This document shows positions 44,201 through 53,610 of a DNA stretch of 57,865 nt, piece after piece; positions within the stretch are counted from its first letter, which is position 1; every line of letters begins with the position of its first letter. The stretch covers positions 1 to 57,865 of IMG/VR virus record IMGVR_UViG_3300044878_000063, one strand, 5' to 3'. A program made the translations under genes and the position numbers. The notes under the pieces are model-generated. The model worked only from the letters and a program-made list of their open reading frames with translations, ran no database searches and was not told the origin of the DNA. Source of the DNA: a virus (taxonomy: Duplodnaviria > Caudoviricetes).

Positions 44201-46277
44201 AGAATGCCATCACAGCACTTCCTGCAATGTCGATAACGTCGCCAACCAAGCCAAAATAATAGGCGAACAAAGTCGACCATGTAATGAGGCTGTACATGTG
44301 AATTCCGAGCTGAATGAACGGCACGATCACATTCAGAACAACGTCAACCACCTTGCGAATGGCATTGCCCAGGAATGTAGCTGCTTTAGTGAGCGCTCCG
44401 AAGAATTGCTCGACAACTTTCGATTCCTGGATCTTCTTAGTGATTTCGCCCAAGGCATCGGTAAGCGGTTTCATGCTCCCAGCAATTGAGTCGCCACCTG
44501 TAGCGAATGCTTTGAAGAACGCAAAGACGACACCGAGTGCGCCCTTGATAATGTCCACTCCGATTTTGATGATCGTGAACAGGAGCTTGAAGGAGTTCTT
44601 GAGAAGCGCAGTCGCTTGTTCGCCCGGGATCAAAGCTTCAATGAAGATTCGGATCGCCTTGGTAATCTCGAACAATTGCTGACCAGTGGTCGGCGGGAAG
44701 ACTTCTCGGAAGGCTTCTTTAATTGGAGTAAGGATGCCCATGAGCACCTTGAATGCAGCCGATACTGCACCGATCATCTCAGTGCGGCCACCTGCTTTGT
44801 TCCAATCTTCAAGCATCTTGTTTCGAGCATCTGCACTCGCTTTAAGCATGGTGCCAAGAGTGTTGTTGACGTTGGTCCACATCTCTTTAGCTTGCTCAAA
44901 GTCGCCAAGGACCAGCTGTGCAGATTTTGCCCAACCAGATCCACTAGTTTCCTTGAGCGTACCGATCAGCTGCGTGAAGGTCTTGACTTTCTGCGCAGCA
45001 TCTTTAGCAGTCGTAGCCATCCTTTGGATGTCTTTAATCTGCTGATCGTTATAGCCCATCTGCTTAAGCTGAGCATCACTAAGATCGCCCGTAAACTTCT
45101 TGAGCGTGTCATTCATGACATCGGTAGTCAGCCAGCCCTCTTGCAGTGAGAGTCGGAAGCTACCATTCTTCTTAACCATGTCGTCAACCGCAACGCCATT
45201 AGTTCTAGCAGTCTCCATAAGCGAATCACGGAATGACTCACTAGCCATACCCGCAGTTTCGATAGACATCCAGTCTTGGAGTGATACCTTACCGGAAGAC
45301 ATTGCTCGGCTCAACTGCTCCATTGCGCCAGCAGCCTGCGTGGCATTTGCACCAGACATGGCTGCTACGTTGGAGAGACCCTTAATAGAAGATGTCGAAT
45401 CTTCCAGGCTTACGCCAGCAGTGGTAAATGTACCAATGCTTCGCGCCATCTCACTAAAGTTGTAGATGGTTTCGTCAGAATATGCGTTCAGCTCTTCAAG
45501 AGATCTGTTGACATCGTCTAGCGTTGAGCCCTTGGACTGGGTATTAGCAAGAATCGTCTGAATCGAGTTTAGGTTCGTTTCATATTCTGCCAGACCCGAT
45601 TTAGCTGGGTCCATAATCAGGTTCAAGGCCATCTGACCGCCAACAATTGCGGCTTTAGCACCCAATGCCGCAAGTGCCGCAATGCCCGCAATAGACATTG
45701 CGCCTATGCTCTGCTGTGCCGAAGCTGCGCCTTCATTGATTGGGAGGAAGCTGACCGCTTTACCAGCAATATTCAGTTCACCAAGACTTCTGGCCGCATT
45801 TCTCGATCCGTCGATAACGCTTTGGAATGAGAAATTCTGAACCGAGGTCTTGAGCCCTCCGATGCCACGCTGTACAGATTCGAAGTTCAGATTCTGCTTG
45901 ATGACATTAGCAGCATCGACAATGCCCTTAGCACCCATCTGGAATTGGGTTGGGTCGAGCTTGAGATTAACCTTCTTGCCAGCAGCATCAAGGTCATTAA
46001 GACCTTTTACTGCCGAATCAAATTTGAGGCTGTCCTTAAGCTTGTTTGAAGCGGCGACCGTTGTCTGAATGCCGTCATTGAAAGCTTTACCATCAAACTT
46101 AGGAGGGGTTATTTTTCTACCGGCAGCATCAAGATCCGAGAGAGATTTAATGCTTGCTTCAAAGTTTAGAGTCTTCTTGAGACCTTCCAGCGAGGACATG
46201 GTGGTTTTAACGCCAGCCTCAAACTGCGCATTGTTGAACTTGATAGAGACGATGCGTTCGTCAATGCTGCTACTCAT
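41223..46277 (-). CDS. Tape measure protein
   Basis: ~1684 aa, Ala/Leu/Gly-rich repeats, LGIHSPSREF; start MSSSIDER. Confidence 0.95.
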   Translation of the reverse strand: MSSSIDERIVSIKFNNAQFEAGVKTTMSSLEGLKKTLNFEASIKSLSDLDAAGRKITPPKFDGKAFNDGIQTTVAASNKLKDSLKFDSAVKGLNDLDAAGKKVNLKLDPTQFQMGAKGIVDAANVIKQNLNFESVQRGIGGLKTSVQNFSFQSVIDGSRNAARSLGELNIAGKAVSFLPINEGAASAQQSIGAMSIAGIAALAALGAKAAIVGGQMALNLIMDPAKSGLAEYETNLNSIQTILANTQSKGSTLDDVNRSLEELNAYSDETIYNFSEMARSIGTFTTAGVSLEDSTSSIKGLSNVAAMSGANATQAAGAMEQLSRAMSSGKVSLQDWMSIETAGMASESFRDSLMETARTNGVAVDDMVKKNGSFRLSLQEGWLTTDVMNDTLKKFTGDLSDAQLKQMGYNDQQIKDIQRMATTAKDAAQKVKTFTQLIGTLKETSGSGWAKSAQLVLGDFEQAKEMWTNVNNTLGTMLKASADARNKMLEDWNKAGGRTEMIGAVSAAFKVLMGILTPIKEAFREVFPPTTGQQLFEITKAIRIFIEALIPGEQATALLKNSFKLLFTIIKIGVDIIKGALGVVFAFFKAFATGGDSIAGSMKPLTDALGEITKKIQESKVVEQFFGALTKAATFLGNAIRKVVDVVLNVIVPFIQLGIHMYSLITWSTLFAYYFGLVGDVIDIAGSAVMAFLRYLGDLSVAFRDAAQAFMKGGLEAAIASFRASLTTMGNIGEVVFSRITERIESIKRFAGRLADAWDQVAAAMSRMWDKLLPLRTAVSDLFRDLGEKLKGVFADVNYDDTLDMVNTGLLAGLVLLFKSTFKKMLGMGDGVKDALLEKLTTSVESINGVLEGVQGTLEAMQQNLKADTLMKIAIAIGILAISVIALSLIDSGKLTKALVAIGVMVVILTKAMEALDKITMSSGFLKIPVIAASMILLAIALALLTIPVVILSRLSWNELLKGLAGVAVLLAVLSKTVESMAKNPADLIATGVGLMAIAVAVRILADAVTVMGALDLGSLVKGLGGVSVVLFALSKTVDSMSKNPADLIATGIGIVAIAIGIKILSSAVSDFGSLDINTILKGILALGVVLLILENFTKNVGDAKNIIQTAAAMLILGISMKVIASAMGDFGSMEWESIAKGLLVMAVALKAISEALERTPKNIFTSALGFVVVAGALKILGSALKDFAEMSWEDIAKAMTVLAGSLLILSIALILMEDTLPGAYAMGIAAASMVLMAMALTMFGNLSWEQLLVGLAALAGIFILFGLAGLVLAPVVPVLIALGIAMVLIGAGLVGIGFGMAAFVAGLIALTAAGLALGPAMVIIVGSILALIPMAMAELGKGIVAFADVIGGAMPTFLNAFVALITTLLTAIQMVFPQLMETLWMVIVGLVDLVVRGVPMFVDAGMKIIIGILQGIGNNMGQLIDAAYKIITEFIDGIARNIGKIIDSGGNLILKFVEGITTWIRNNTQRMSDAGADLAGAIIDGMANGIANLGGRVLGAIGNVANNALNEAKRILGIHSPSREFFAIGKFTDLGWADGVKKYGAKVVDAHQGVGMTAISTLKKTMSNIDGLMSSEVNMNPTIRPVLDLSAIKKDGARIDGMLGTPSLAIAGSYDKASALAAADRVRRETAHSTSSEEVTSKQGDTYYYTQNNTSPKALSNSEIYRQNKNLISTVRKGAPVAG

Positions 46278-46654
46278 GCAGAAGTCACCGCCTTCCAAGC
46301 TTTATCTGCGATAGCGTCAAATATAGGCCTCATTGCCGGGTTTATGTAGTCACGTCCTCGAACATAACCGCCAGTACCCGTACCGTGGCCGAGCTGTAGC
46401 ATGATTGCAATCGGCTCGCCATCGACTGTTTTTTCGTTGTTGGTCCAGATAATCTGATATGACCCTCGAGATTTCTTAATCTCGTAGTCCCAAGCTTCTT
46501 TGGTTTGACCGCCGTCGACAGGCGTTGCTGCTGCGAGAGCGCTAACACCTTCTCGGCCATAACCGGAGAGGGAATCAAATATGGAGCCTGATGATGCTTT
46601 TTTGAGAAAGCTCTCCAGGCCGGAAAAGGAGCCACTCGTTGATACTTCGAACAT
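46274..46654 (-). CDS. HK97 gp10-like tail completion protein
   Basis: ATPVDGG, LGHGT..GGYV.GRDYINPAM. Confidence 0.75.
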   Translation of the reverse strand: MFEVSTSGSFSGLESFLKKASSGSIFDSLSGYGREGVSALAAATPVDGGQTKEAWDYEIKKSRGSYQIIWTNNEKTVDGEPIAIMLQLGHGTGTGGYVRGRDYINPAMRPIFDAIADKAWKAVTSA

Positions 46655-46672
46655 AGTGGCTCCTTTCGCCGG

Positions 46673-46828
46673 TTATTCTGGAATTGGCAGTGGTTCTGCG
46701 GGTGGAGTAGGTGCACATGCTGGGCACCACTCCATGTCATCAATGATGACGGTTACTTCATCACGATGATTCCATCGCTGCATACACTGCCGATCTCCAT
46801 TGGGATCAGGAGTTTCAGTTGATGCCAT
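46673..46828 (-). CDS. Small Cys-containing protein (51 aa)
   Basis: AGGAG RBS; C...H...CPAC; follows the tail fibre gene. Confidence 0.6.
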   Translation of the reverse strand: MASTETPDPNGDRQCMQRWNHRDEVTVIIDDMEWCPACAPTPPAEPLPIPE

Positions 46829-46852
46829 TTTTTTTCTCCTAACGGAAATGAA

Positions 46853-48469
46853 TTATGAGCCACCGACATACTCTAGCTCAAGATACGCACCGTTGTAGCC
46901 GTTGGTGCCCCAAACAGAGACTGCCGAATATATGCCCAGAGACACCTTATCTCCCGCGTTGAAAGGTACAACGCCCATCGAGTGGTGGTAGATGTCTGCC
47001 GAGTCAGTTTTTACAGTGCTGGAAATAAGTTTCTCATACACGCCACCTCGAAGGGTTCCATCGCCAATGACGCCATTGACGTAGATTCGAACGGTGTTCA
47101 CACTTGATGTTGAACCGCTGAGATATCCCTTAAGGTGTGCCCGATAGCGACCAGTAACCGGAACCACGAGCGCATCATTGGCATTATCGAAGGTCATGCC
47201 TCCGCGAAGCTCTTGTGCAGCATCCATGATAACGGTCACGTTAGCTCCCGTTGCTTGGAAGCCTCCTGTACGCCCCATGTGCCCATACGGCGTGGTGCCC
47301 ATGCCGTCCCACTTAGCAACATCTGTAGCAAATGCGGCAGATGAAGTATGTGCAGCATTTGCAGACATTACCCAGTTGGTGGGCGTTACAACTTGATCGC
47401 CCACAGCATAGGTTTTACCAGCTTGCCACTTAGGCACGAAGGCATTGGCGGAAACTGAATACTCGTACGAGGCCGAGTTATTTGCAGCGCCGTTCCAACC
47501 ATATTCGAGCTCAGCATTCTTGGGAGTAGCACCGCTAAAAAATGGCGCTGAGAATGTCGATACGAGTGCACCAGTCGCATCTACTTTAGAGCCTACTGCA
47601 GCAGTAGCACCAGTGGTTGAGAATGCCCACCACCCGATATTGGTGAACGTACCCGTCGCAACGCCAGATGCACTTAGGCGAGCCCATACGCCAGACTGCA
47701 ACACTACGGTGGTTCCGTTTGCCCCCGAGTTTACGAGCGTCGATCCGTTGTAGAATGACAAACGTGGCGTAACAGAAAGCGTACCGGTGCCCGTGTAGCG
47801 AAGATATACATCAAGTGTTCGCGTGTCACCAGAGGCACCATTCGTAGGTGCGTAATACGCAGCCACTTCTGCACGCCAACCAGATGAACCTCCGGTTTTA
47901 GCCGTTGTCACTGAGTAGCGAGCATATGTGGTGATTTCTGGAATAGGACCATCTACGGCACCAGTGACTAGAGTCTGAGTGCCAGCTTCACCTGTACCTG
48001 GCTGATACGTCGCGAAACCATTCGCGGAGCTAATTGCCAGTGGATTGAGTACGTAGTTGCCCCGGGTCAGTACTTTTTCGCCAGAAATAACACTAGCCCA
48101 GTTGGAATGACTATATGTTGCTGACCCATGCCATGTCTTAGCTTTAACGAGCTCGCCATAAGGCGAAATAACGAGCGAACCAGCTTTGTAGACCATATTT
48201 GCAAGCCACTTGGGGATGTATTCAGCACGGACTGAAACGTTATCTACGTTGCTAAGTCCTACTGCATTTTTGTCAAGTGTTGCCCACTGCTTATCACCTC
48301 GGTAATACTGTTCAGAAGTACCATAGAGAATGATGGGGCCCGCGTCAATTTCAGTTCCGCCAGCTGTAGTGACAATGAGGTTACCCATCGTGTTCACAGT
48401 AGCGTCGACAATGAAGGCGTCAGCTAGTTCCTGCATACGTTCTGCAGTTAGTCCGGTTACTGTTGCCAT
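46853..48469 (-). CDS. Minor tail / receptor-binding protein with carbohydrate-binding-like and C1q-like domains
   Basis: PKW.A...Y..G..V repeats; NYVLNP beta-sandwich; VVPVTGRY...FNAGDKV. Confidence 0.7.
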   Translation of the reverse strand: MATVTGLTAERMQELADAFIVDATVNTMGNLIVTTAGGTEIDAGPIILYGTSEQYYRGDKQWATLDKNAVGLSNVDNVSVRAEYIPKWLANMVYKAGSLVISPYGELVKAKTWHGSATYSHSNWASVISGEKVLTRGNYVLNPLAISSANGFATYQPGTGEAGTQTLVTGAVDGPIPEITTYARYSVTTAKTGGSSGWRAEVAAYYAPTNGASGDTRTLDVYLRYTGTGTLSVTPRLSFYNGSTLVNSGANGTTVVLQSGVWARLSASGVATGTFTNIGWWAFSTTGATAAVGSKVDATGALVSTFSAPFFSGATPKNAELEYGWNGAANNSASYEYSVSANAFVPKWQAGKTYAVGDQVVTPTNWVMSANAAHTSSAAFATDVAKWDGMGTTPYGHMGRTGGFQATGANVTVIMDAAQELRGGMTFDNANDALVVPVTGRYRAHLKGYLSGSTSSVNTVRIYVNGVIGDGTLRGGVYEKLISSTVKTDSADIYHHSMGVVPFNAGDKVSLGIYSAVSVWGTNGYNGAYLELEYVGGS

Positions 48470-48484
48470 TTAGACACTCCTTTC

Positions 48485-49288
48485 TTAGAGTGAGCTGATG
48501 TTGTATGACTCATCGTCAATCATGATGGCTGACGGCCAATTGATTGCAAAGGTATTTGCATCGAGCATGGAGATTGCTTCATCCGGACCGGTTGCAGTCC
48601 ACGTGCCATCACCATTATCGATGATCTTAAGAAGCGCATTGTCGACGAAGAGCTCGAGCAATTCTGAAGGAGTTGGCATTTTTGGAGGCGTATCTTCAGT
48701 GCCATATAGGAAGTCTTCGATAGCCTCCATTGCCCATGGATATACCACTCGGGAATCCAACACAACATGCGCCGTATAGCGAACTCCAAAAAATGGATCT
48801 TCGAACCTAACCTTCTGAGTCGAGATGTCCCAAGAAAATGTCGAAGGTTCGGTATCATCATTTAGGCTCTCATAGTCCTTAGACGATGGCGATGCTAGTG
48901 CATTGTAGACTAGATGAATCTTGTATGCGTGGTCCAAACCTTCAATGTCATTACCGACTTTAGTTCGATAAGCAAGGTTGAACCGCTTTTTGTTTTGCTG
49001 ATAAACCTGGAGGCCATTAGCCAGAGACTCAGAACCTTCGCAAGCCTCAAACTCTCTTGGGTAAGTGAATGCCTCAATCGATGCGTTGAAATGCTCGGGC
49101 CTTGAACGATTCACAATCTTATGACCATCAAGATACGTGGCTCGTGCATCACCTCCGGAAGGAGACTCGGATACGGAAATTAGACCAATCCAGGGAACGC
49201 CATCCTGTCCATCAATGTAAAGAACGCCTCGATCGACGCCAGCTTCATAGAACTTATTGGCAGTGCCATCCCATGCGAGTCTTGTCAC
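48485..49288 (-). CDS. Major-tail-like protein (second paralogue)
   Basis: MTRLAWD...GVDRGVLY, IEAFTYP, YKIHLVY. Confidence 0.8.
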   Translation of the reverse strand: MTRLAWDGTANKFYEAGVDRGVLYIDGQDGVPWIGLISVSESPSGGDARATYLDGHKIVNRSRPEHFNASIEAFTYPREFEACEGSESLANGLQVYQQNKKRFNLAYRTKVGNDIEGLDHAYKIHLVYNALASPSSKDYESLNDDTEPSTFSWDISTQKVRFEDPFFGVRYTAHVVLDSRVVYPWAMEAIEDFLYGTEDTPPKMPTPSELLELFVDNALLKIIDNGDGTWTATGPDEAISMLDANTFAINWPSAIMIDDESYNISSL

Positions 49289-49303
49289 GCTAACCTCCTT
49301 CCG

Positions 49304-49867
49304 TTAACCGCTGATGCCAGCCTGAGCCCTGCGCTCAGCATTAATTTTTGCACGTTCTGCAAGAGCATCACGCTTCCCAGCCATAGTCTTCTTAGGCGGA
49401 TTTTCTTTACGGTTGTGCACTTCGATGAGTGTGAACAATCGATTAAGATGCCAGTATTGAAACTCAACTGGGATCTGAAGTTTGTTCATCCAGTAATAGA
49501 TGATTTCGTTTGTGATGATCTCTTTAGGCTTACCCTGTCCCTGCTGAGGCGTAATGCCTCGGGTGCTGAAGGTAGTAGCCGTCATCTTCGCTTGAATGTA
49601 GTCGTTGACTTTGTTAAGTTCGGATTGCTGAAGGTTTCGGTAAACCTCCGGGGGAACATTAGGGGTCAACGTCATCATCTCGATGTACCCTAAGACTTCC
49701 TCGGTGGTTTTCTCATTCGGACCCAAGAAGGGCTTCTCGAATTTCGACTCCCATTTTGAAAGGGAGACCAGGGAATGCTCAAGTTCCAACGTAGCAATTT
49801 CGGGGTAGATGAAAGTTTGAGTTTCTTCGTCCCAGATTTCTTCGCCATGTATGGCAAGTGTAAGCAT
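49304..49867 (-). CDS. Tail assembly chaperone (putative)
   Basis: After major tail; LEHSLVSLSKWESK, WHLNRL. Confidence 0.7.
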   Translation of the reverse strand: MLTLAIHGEEIWDEETQTFIYPEIATLELEHSLVSLSKWESKFEKPFLGPNEKTTEEVLGYIEMMTLTPNVPPEVYRNLQQSELNKVNDYIQAKMTATTFSTRGITPQQGQGKPKEIITNEIIYYWMNKLQIPVEFQYWHLNRLFTLIEVHNRKENPPKKTMAGKRDALAERAKINAERRAQAGISG

Positions 49868-49891
49868 TCCCTGATCTCCTTTCGTGTTTGA

Positions 49892-50761
49892 CTAGCTGTA
49901 CTGGAAGGACCAGTCGTTGTCGGCAGTCGGCGGGAACTTGTAGCCTGCTGCGGGTGCAGCCGTGACCATCGTGTCCTCGGTGATGACGACCTGACCGGTC
50001 TTCTTGACACCATTGATGAAGTAGTCGACGCCCGTGGTGGTCGGGATCGTGATCTCATCCGTGGTGGGGTTGTACGTCGGTGCTGCGGGCATGTCAGTGA
50101 CCGTCAGTTCGGTTCCGACGATCGAAGCGACCTCTGCCGGGAGGGGCAGACGAGGATCGACACCAGCGGTACCGTACAGGATGTTCTCGAGGTCGGCCAG
50201 CTTGGCAGCGTCAACCTTGGTCGAGTCAATCGTGAGCTGAGCCGTGGGGCGCTTGCCGGGGACATCCACCGGAGTGGTGCTGATTTCCCAGCTGAGCGGC
50301 ATCGGTTCGGTGGACTCGTTGATCGTGGCGTATGCACGCTCGGAAGGAGCAGCCATACCGCCGTAGATCAGGTGCAGCTTGTAGCCGTAGTCCGTACCCA
50401 GGATGTCATTGCCGACCTTGGTGCGGTATGCCAGACCGAAGGTTTCGCGGTTCTGCTGACCGATGAACACACCCGGGGTGAGCTCGGCGGTACCGTCGCA
50501 GGCCATGAATTCGTCGGGGTAGGTGAACGCTTCCAAGGAGGCCGCGAACTCTTCCGCAGAAGTGATGTTCGCGTAGACCTTGTTGTCGGCGTAGTGCTTG
50601 CTCGACTCGGCGCCCGAAGGGCTCTCCGTGACAGCAGTCAGACCGATCCAGGCGTAGCCCTTGTTGTAGACGCCTTCGGCATTGCGGCGAAAGAGAACGC
50701 CCTTGTCGACGCCGGTCTCGAAGATTTTCTTCCCCGGCTGATCCCATGTCAGTTGAGTCAT
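49892..50761 (-). CDS. Major tail protein with C-terminal Ig-like domain
   Basis: GVDKGVL, YADNKVY, EAFTYPDEF; strong codon bias. Confidence 0.9.
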   Translation of the reverse strand: MTQLTWDQPGKKIFETGVDKGVLFRRNAEGVYNKGYAWIGLTAVTESPSGAESSKHYADNKVYANITSAEEFAASLEAFTYPDEFMACDGTAELTPGVFIGQQNRETFGLAYRTKVGNDILGTDYGYKLHLIYGGMAAPSERAYATINESTEPMPLSWEISTTPVDVPGKRPTAQLTIDSTKVDAAKLADLENILYGTAGVDPRLPLPAEVASIVGTELTVTDMPAAPTYNPTTDEITIPTTTGVDYFINGVKKTGQVVITEDTMVTAAPAAGYKFPPTADNDWSFQYS

Positions 50762-50773
50762 GGTTTATTCCTT

Positions 50774-51079
50774 TCAGAAATAAAGATTGAATACATCGTG
50801 GTAGAGCGAGCTTGCTACAAAGCGCCTTTCGAAGGCGCATTGCGGCAAACTATGGACTGCGTCGGGGATGTCACTAAGTGGACTCTTATCGATCACTGTC
50901 ACTTGATAGCGCTTCGTTCGGCGATACGGAGTATTGTCTGCATGTGTAGCACCTCGACTATCCAACTTAAAGATAATGCAAGGATACTCCATGTTGTCTG
51001 CAGACGGTTCCTGAAACCAAGCTTTCTTAACTCCTGGAATACTATTCAGTATTGCCTGGAGCTGCAGGTATCGGTCCAT
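50774..51079 (-). CDS. Tail terminator
   Basis: FQEP...YPCI, HADN..Y, YQVTVID. Confidence 0.7.
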   Translation of the reverse strand: MDRYLQLQAILNSIPGVKKAWFQEPSADNMEYPCIIFKLDSRGATHADNTPYRRTKRYQVTVIDKSPLSDIPDAVHSLPQCAFERRFVASSLYHDVFNLYF

Positions 51080-51386
51080 TGTAGATGTCCCCCATCCCGA
51101 TAATCAGTCGAGGCTTTTTGACCTCGAGACTATTGACTTGCCACCTTTCGCCCTCAAACATGATGTATCGAATCTTCTTTAGGTTTGTAAAGGCAAACTT
51201 AGAAGCTACGATGCTGATTGAGTTGCTAATTGTGGAGTCAGGATTGACATCATCACCTACAACAAAACGAGTTGAGTCGCGGAGGACGTCACCACGGAAT
51301 TTCTTCTCGATGATGACGTCCTCCGCAATACCCGGTATGGTTTCTACAGTGACTCCGAAGCCGATTTCACCATAGAACCGTGCCAT
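51042..51386 (-). CDS. Head-to-tail stopper
   Basis: Position after capsid; NSISIVA...RYI.F.G.RW.V. Confidence 0.7.
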   Translation of the reverse strand: MARFYGEIGFGVTVETIPGIAEDVIIEKKFRGDVLRDSTRFVVGDDVNPDSTISNSISIVASKFAFTNLKKIRYIMFEGERWQVNSLEVKKPRLIIGMGDIYNGPIPAAPGNTE

Positions 51387-51399
51387 TTTGAAGTGCTAA

Positions 51400-53610
51400 C
51401 TACGCGGTGTAGGTGAAGACCCAGTGACGGGTGCTCAGCGGAGCCAGGTAGTAGCCAGCCTTCGGCTCAGCATCGACGTCGGTGGTCTCGGTCATGTTGT
51501 AGGTGCCCGTAACGACTTCACCGTTGATCAGGTAGTCAACGCCAGTCACCGTGGGGATGGTGATGACGTTGCCCGTCATGGTCGGGGCTGCCGGAGTAGC
51601 CTCGGTACCCTGATCGCGACGGATGACCAGAGCCGACTTGGGCTTGGTCAGTGCGCCGGAGCAGCGGGTTTCCAGCAGGTACTTGTGCTGGTTGAAGTCG
51701 ATGTCGAAGTCCTCGAAGAACGTGAGTTCTCCGCCCTTGTTGGAACCGACGGTGTAGTCGATCAGGTTGACGATGATGCCGAGCAGAGTCGGATCTTCCT
51801 CCATGACCTCGACGGCCACGATCTCCTTGACGCGGATTGCGGCAGCCAGAGCAGCTTCGGTCTCGTAGAGACGACGGCCCATCTTGTCCTTCAGCAGCAG
51901 GAGTTCGGTGAGAACCGAGTCCGTGGTGTAGAAGGTCGGGGAGCCGGAGCCACGGTAGTTGGTACGCGAGCGGGTGATCTCATCGATCATCACGTCGGGT
52001 GCAACGTTCGCAGCCAGCTGAACCTTGTGGGCGTAGAGCTCGTGGTCGTTTGCCACGGAGCGAATGCCGATGCCGTCGACCTGACCCTGGGGGTCCTTGA
52101 TCTTGTCGGCGTGACCCACGGTGCGACCATCGCCGATGAGGATGGCGCGAGCAAGTTCCTCGTTGAGCATGAAGCGGATTTCCCACTTCAGCCAGGCAAC
52201 GACGTCCAGGTCCGTGATGTCCAGGATGTCATCGCGGTCCAGCTTCTGCTTCTTGTAGATGGTCGTCGGAGCAGTCGTGCGCTGCATGAGCACAACGACT
52301 TCTTCCTTCTTGAGGTCGCCCTTGGTGTAACCCTTGGCGCGAGCTTCCTCGGCGGTCAAGTCGGCGAGGATGGTCTTGACCTTCGCGAACGGGGAGTGCT
52401 TCGTTGCGGAGAGGACCTTGGTGACCCACTCGGTCTGGCGAGCGATGAGCTCCGGGGAGTTCTGCTGAACCCGAGCGTCCGGGAAGAGGACGTCGATGTT
52501 GGTGATGCCGTAGTCGGCGTGGTTCAGGACGAAGCCCTCGAAGGCCTCCTTGTAGGAGCCCGTCTTCTGAGCGAGGGTGTTGATCTCTTTGAGATCGTCG
52601 TGGGACAGCGTGGGACGCTGTTCGACAGCGCCTCCACCGGCGTTGGATTCGAATGCCTTGTACTTCATGGTGTCGGAACCTTCCTGAGTGTGCTTGAGAT
52701 TGGGGTCGTCTTCGGAGTCTGAAGACTCGTCAGTGGTTTCTTTGGAATCTTCGTCAGATTCGGATTCGGCCTTGGAGGCTTCCTCTTCCTCTTTCGATTC
52801 TTCTTCTTGGTGCTGAACTGATTCTTCGGAATCCACTTCGGATTCTTCGAGAGCTTCGCCGATCAGTGCGTGAACGACGCCGAGCTGAGTCGGAGTGAAC
52901 GAGTCGAGGACTTCATCCACATCGATCTCTTGGTCGGTTTCTTCATCGTGCAGGATAACTCCTGCCTCGTCGTCATCGTCATCATCGAAGTCGGCATGTT
53001 TGACCGAGCCCGATGCTGCCTGACTGACGAGAGCGTAAAGAACCGTCTTCTGCTTCTGATTCATGGTCGCCACAATGTCAGCAACCGATTCATCGTCATC
53101 AGAAGATTCATCTTCTTCAGCGTGGTAGAGGGTGGGCGCTTCATCCCAATGGATGATTACCTCACCTTCCATCATGTCAGAACCATCGCCACTGTGGTGA
53201 AGGTTGACATCCTCGATGAAGGCTTCGGGATTTGCACCCCGATAGACGAGACTAACCTCGCCGATCATGCCATGAATGACATCGCCACCACGCTGCTTGA
53301 GCTTGTTGGCGAAGATCGACAGAGCCTTGATGTCACCGTGCTGGACCATCGCCTTTGCGTGGCGACCGCGTTCGGTGTTGTTGAAGTACGCTTCGGTGTA
53401 GATGCCGTCTTCGCGGTGGAAGAGGATGGCATGGCCGAGTACGTTCTCAACGTTGTCGTGCTGGTGCTGCCAAACGAGCGGCACCTGCTGACCGTCCTGA
53501 TGCAGGAATGCGCCGTGCTTGATCGTTCGACCATCGGAGCACTCGCGATCAAATCGAGTCGCATAGCCTGTGAAATCAGGCAGTCGAGTTTTCGTCTTCG
53601 TGACTGTCAT
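51400..53610 (-). CDS. Prohead protease - acidic scaffold - major capsid fusion (736 aa)
   Basis: FTGYA, PLVWQHQH, LSI, EVSLV..GANP protease motifs; acidic linker; EELARAILIGDG. Confidence 0.9.
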   Translation of the reverse strand: MTVTKTKTRLPDFTGYATRFDRECSDGRTIKHGAFLHQDGQQVPLVWQHQHDNVENVLGHAILFHREDGIYTEAYFNNTERGRHAKAMVQHGDIKALSIFANKLKQRGGDVIHGMIGEVSLVYRGANPEAFIEDVNLHHSGDGSDMMEGEVIIHWDEAPTLYHAEEDESSDDDESVADIVATMNQKQKTVLYALVSQAASGSVKHADFDDDDDDEAGVILHDEETDQEIDVDEVLDSFTPTQLGVVHALIGEALEESEVDSEESVQHQEEESKEEEEASKAESESDEDSKETTDESSDSEDDPNLKHTQEGSDTMKYKAFESNAGGGAVEQRPTLSHDDLKEINTLAQKTGSYKEAFEGFVLNHADYGITNIDVLFPDARVQQNSPELIARQTEWVTKVLSATKHSPFAKVKTILADLTAEEARAKGYTKGDLKKEEVVVLMQRTTAPTTIYKKQKLDRDDILDITDLDVVAWLKWEIRFMLNEELARAILIGDGRTVGHADKIKDPQGQVDGIGIRSVANDHELYAHKVQLAANVAPDVMIDEITRSRTNYRGSGSPTFYTTDSVLTELLLLKDKMGRRLYETEAALAAAIRVKEIVAVEVMEEDPTLLGIIVNLIDYTVGSNKGGELTFFEDFDIDFNQHKYLLETRCSGALTKPKSALVIRRDQGTEATPAAPTMTGNVITIPTVTGVDYLINGEVVTGTYNMTETTDVDAEPKAGYYLAPLSTRHWVFTYTA

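Noticed and set aside
49285-49867. Programmed frameshift in the tail assembly chaperone
   Set aside because: No convincing slippery site or substantial second ORF seen; one ORF spans the region
51424-52722. Long + strand ORFs (also 42160-43716, 24351-25439, 18835-20004, 695-1507)
   Set aside because: Antisense shadows of codon-biased - strand genes; no recognisable motifs
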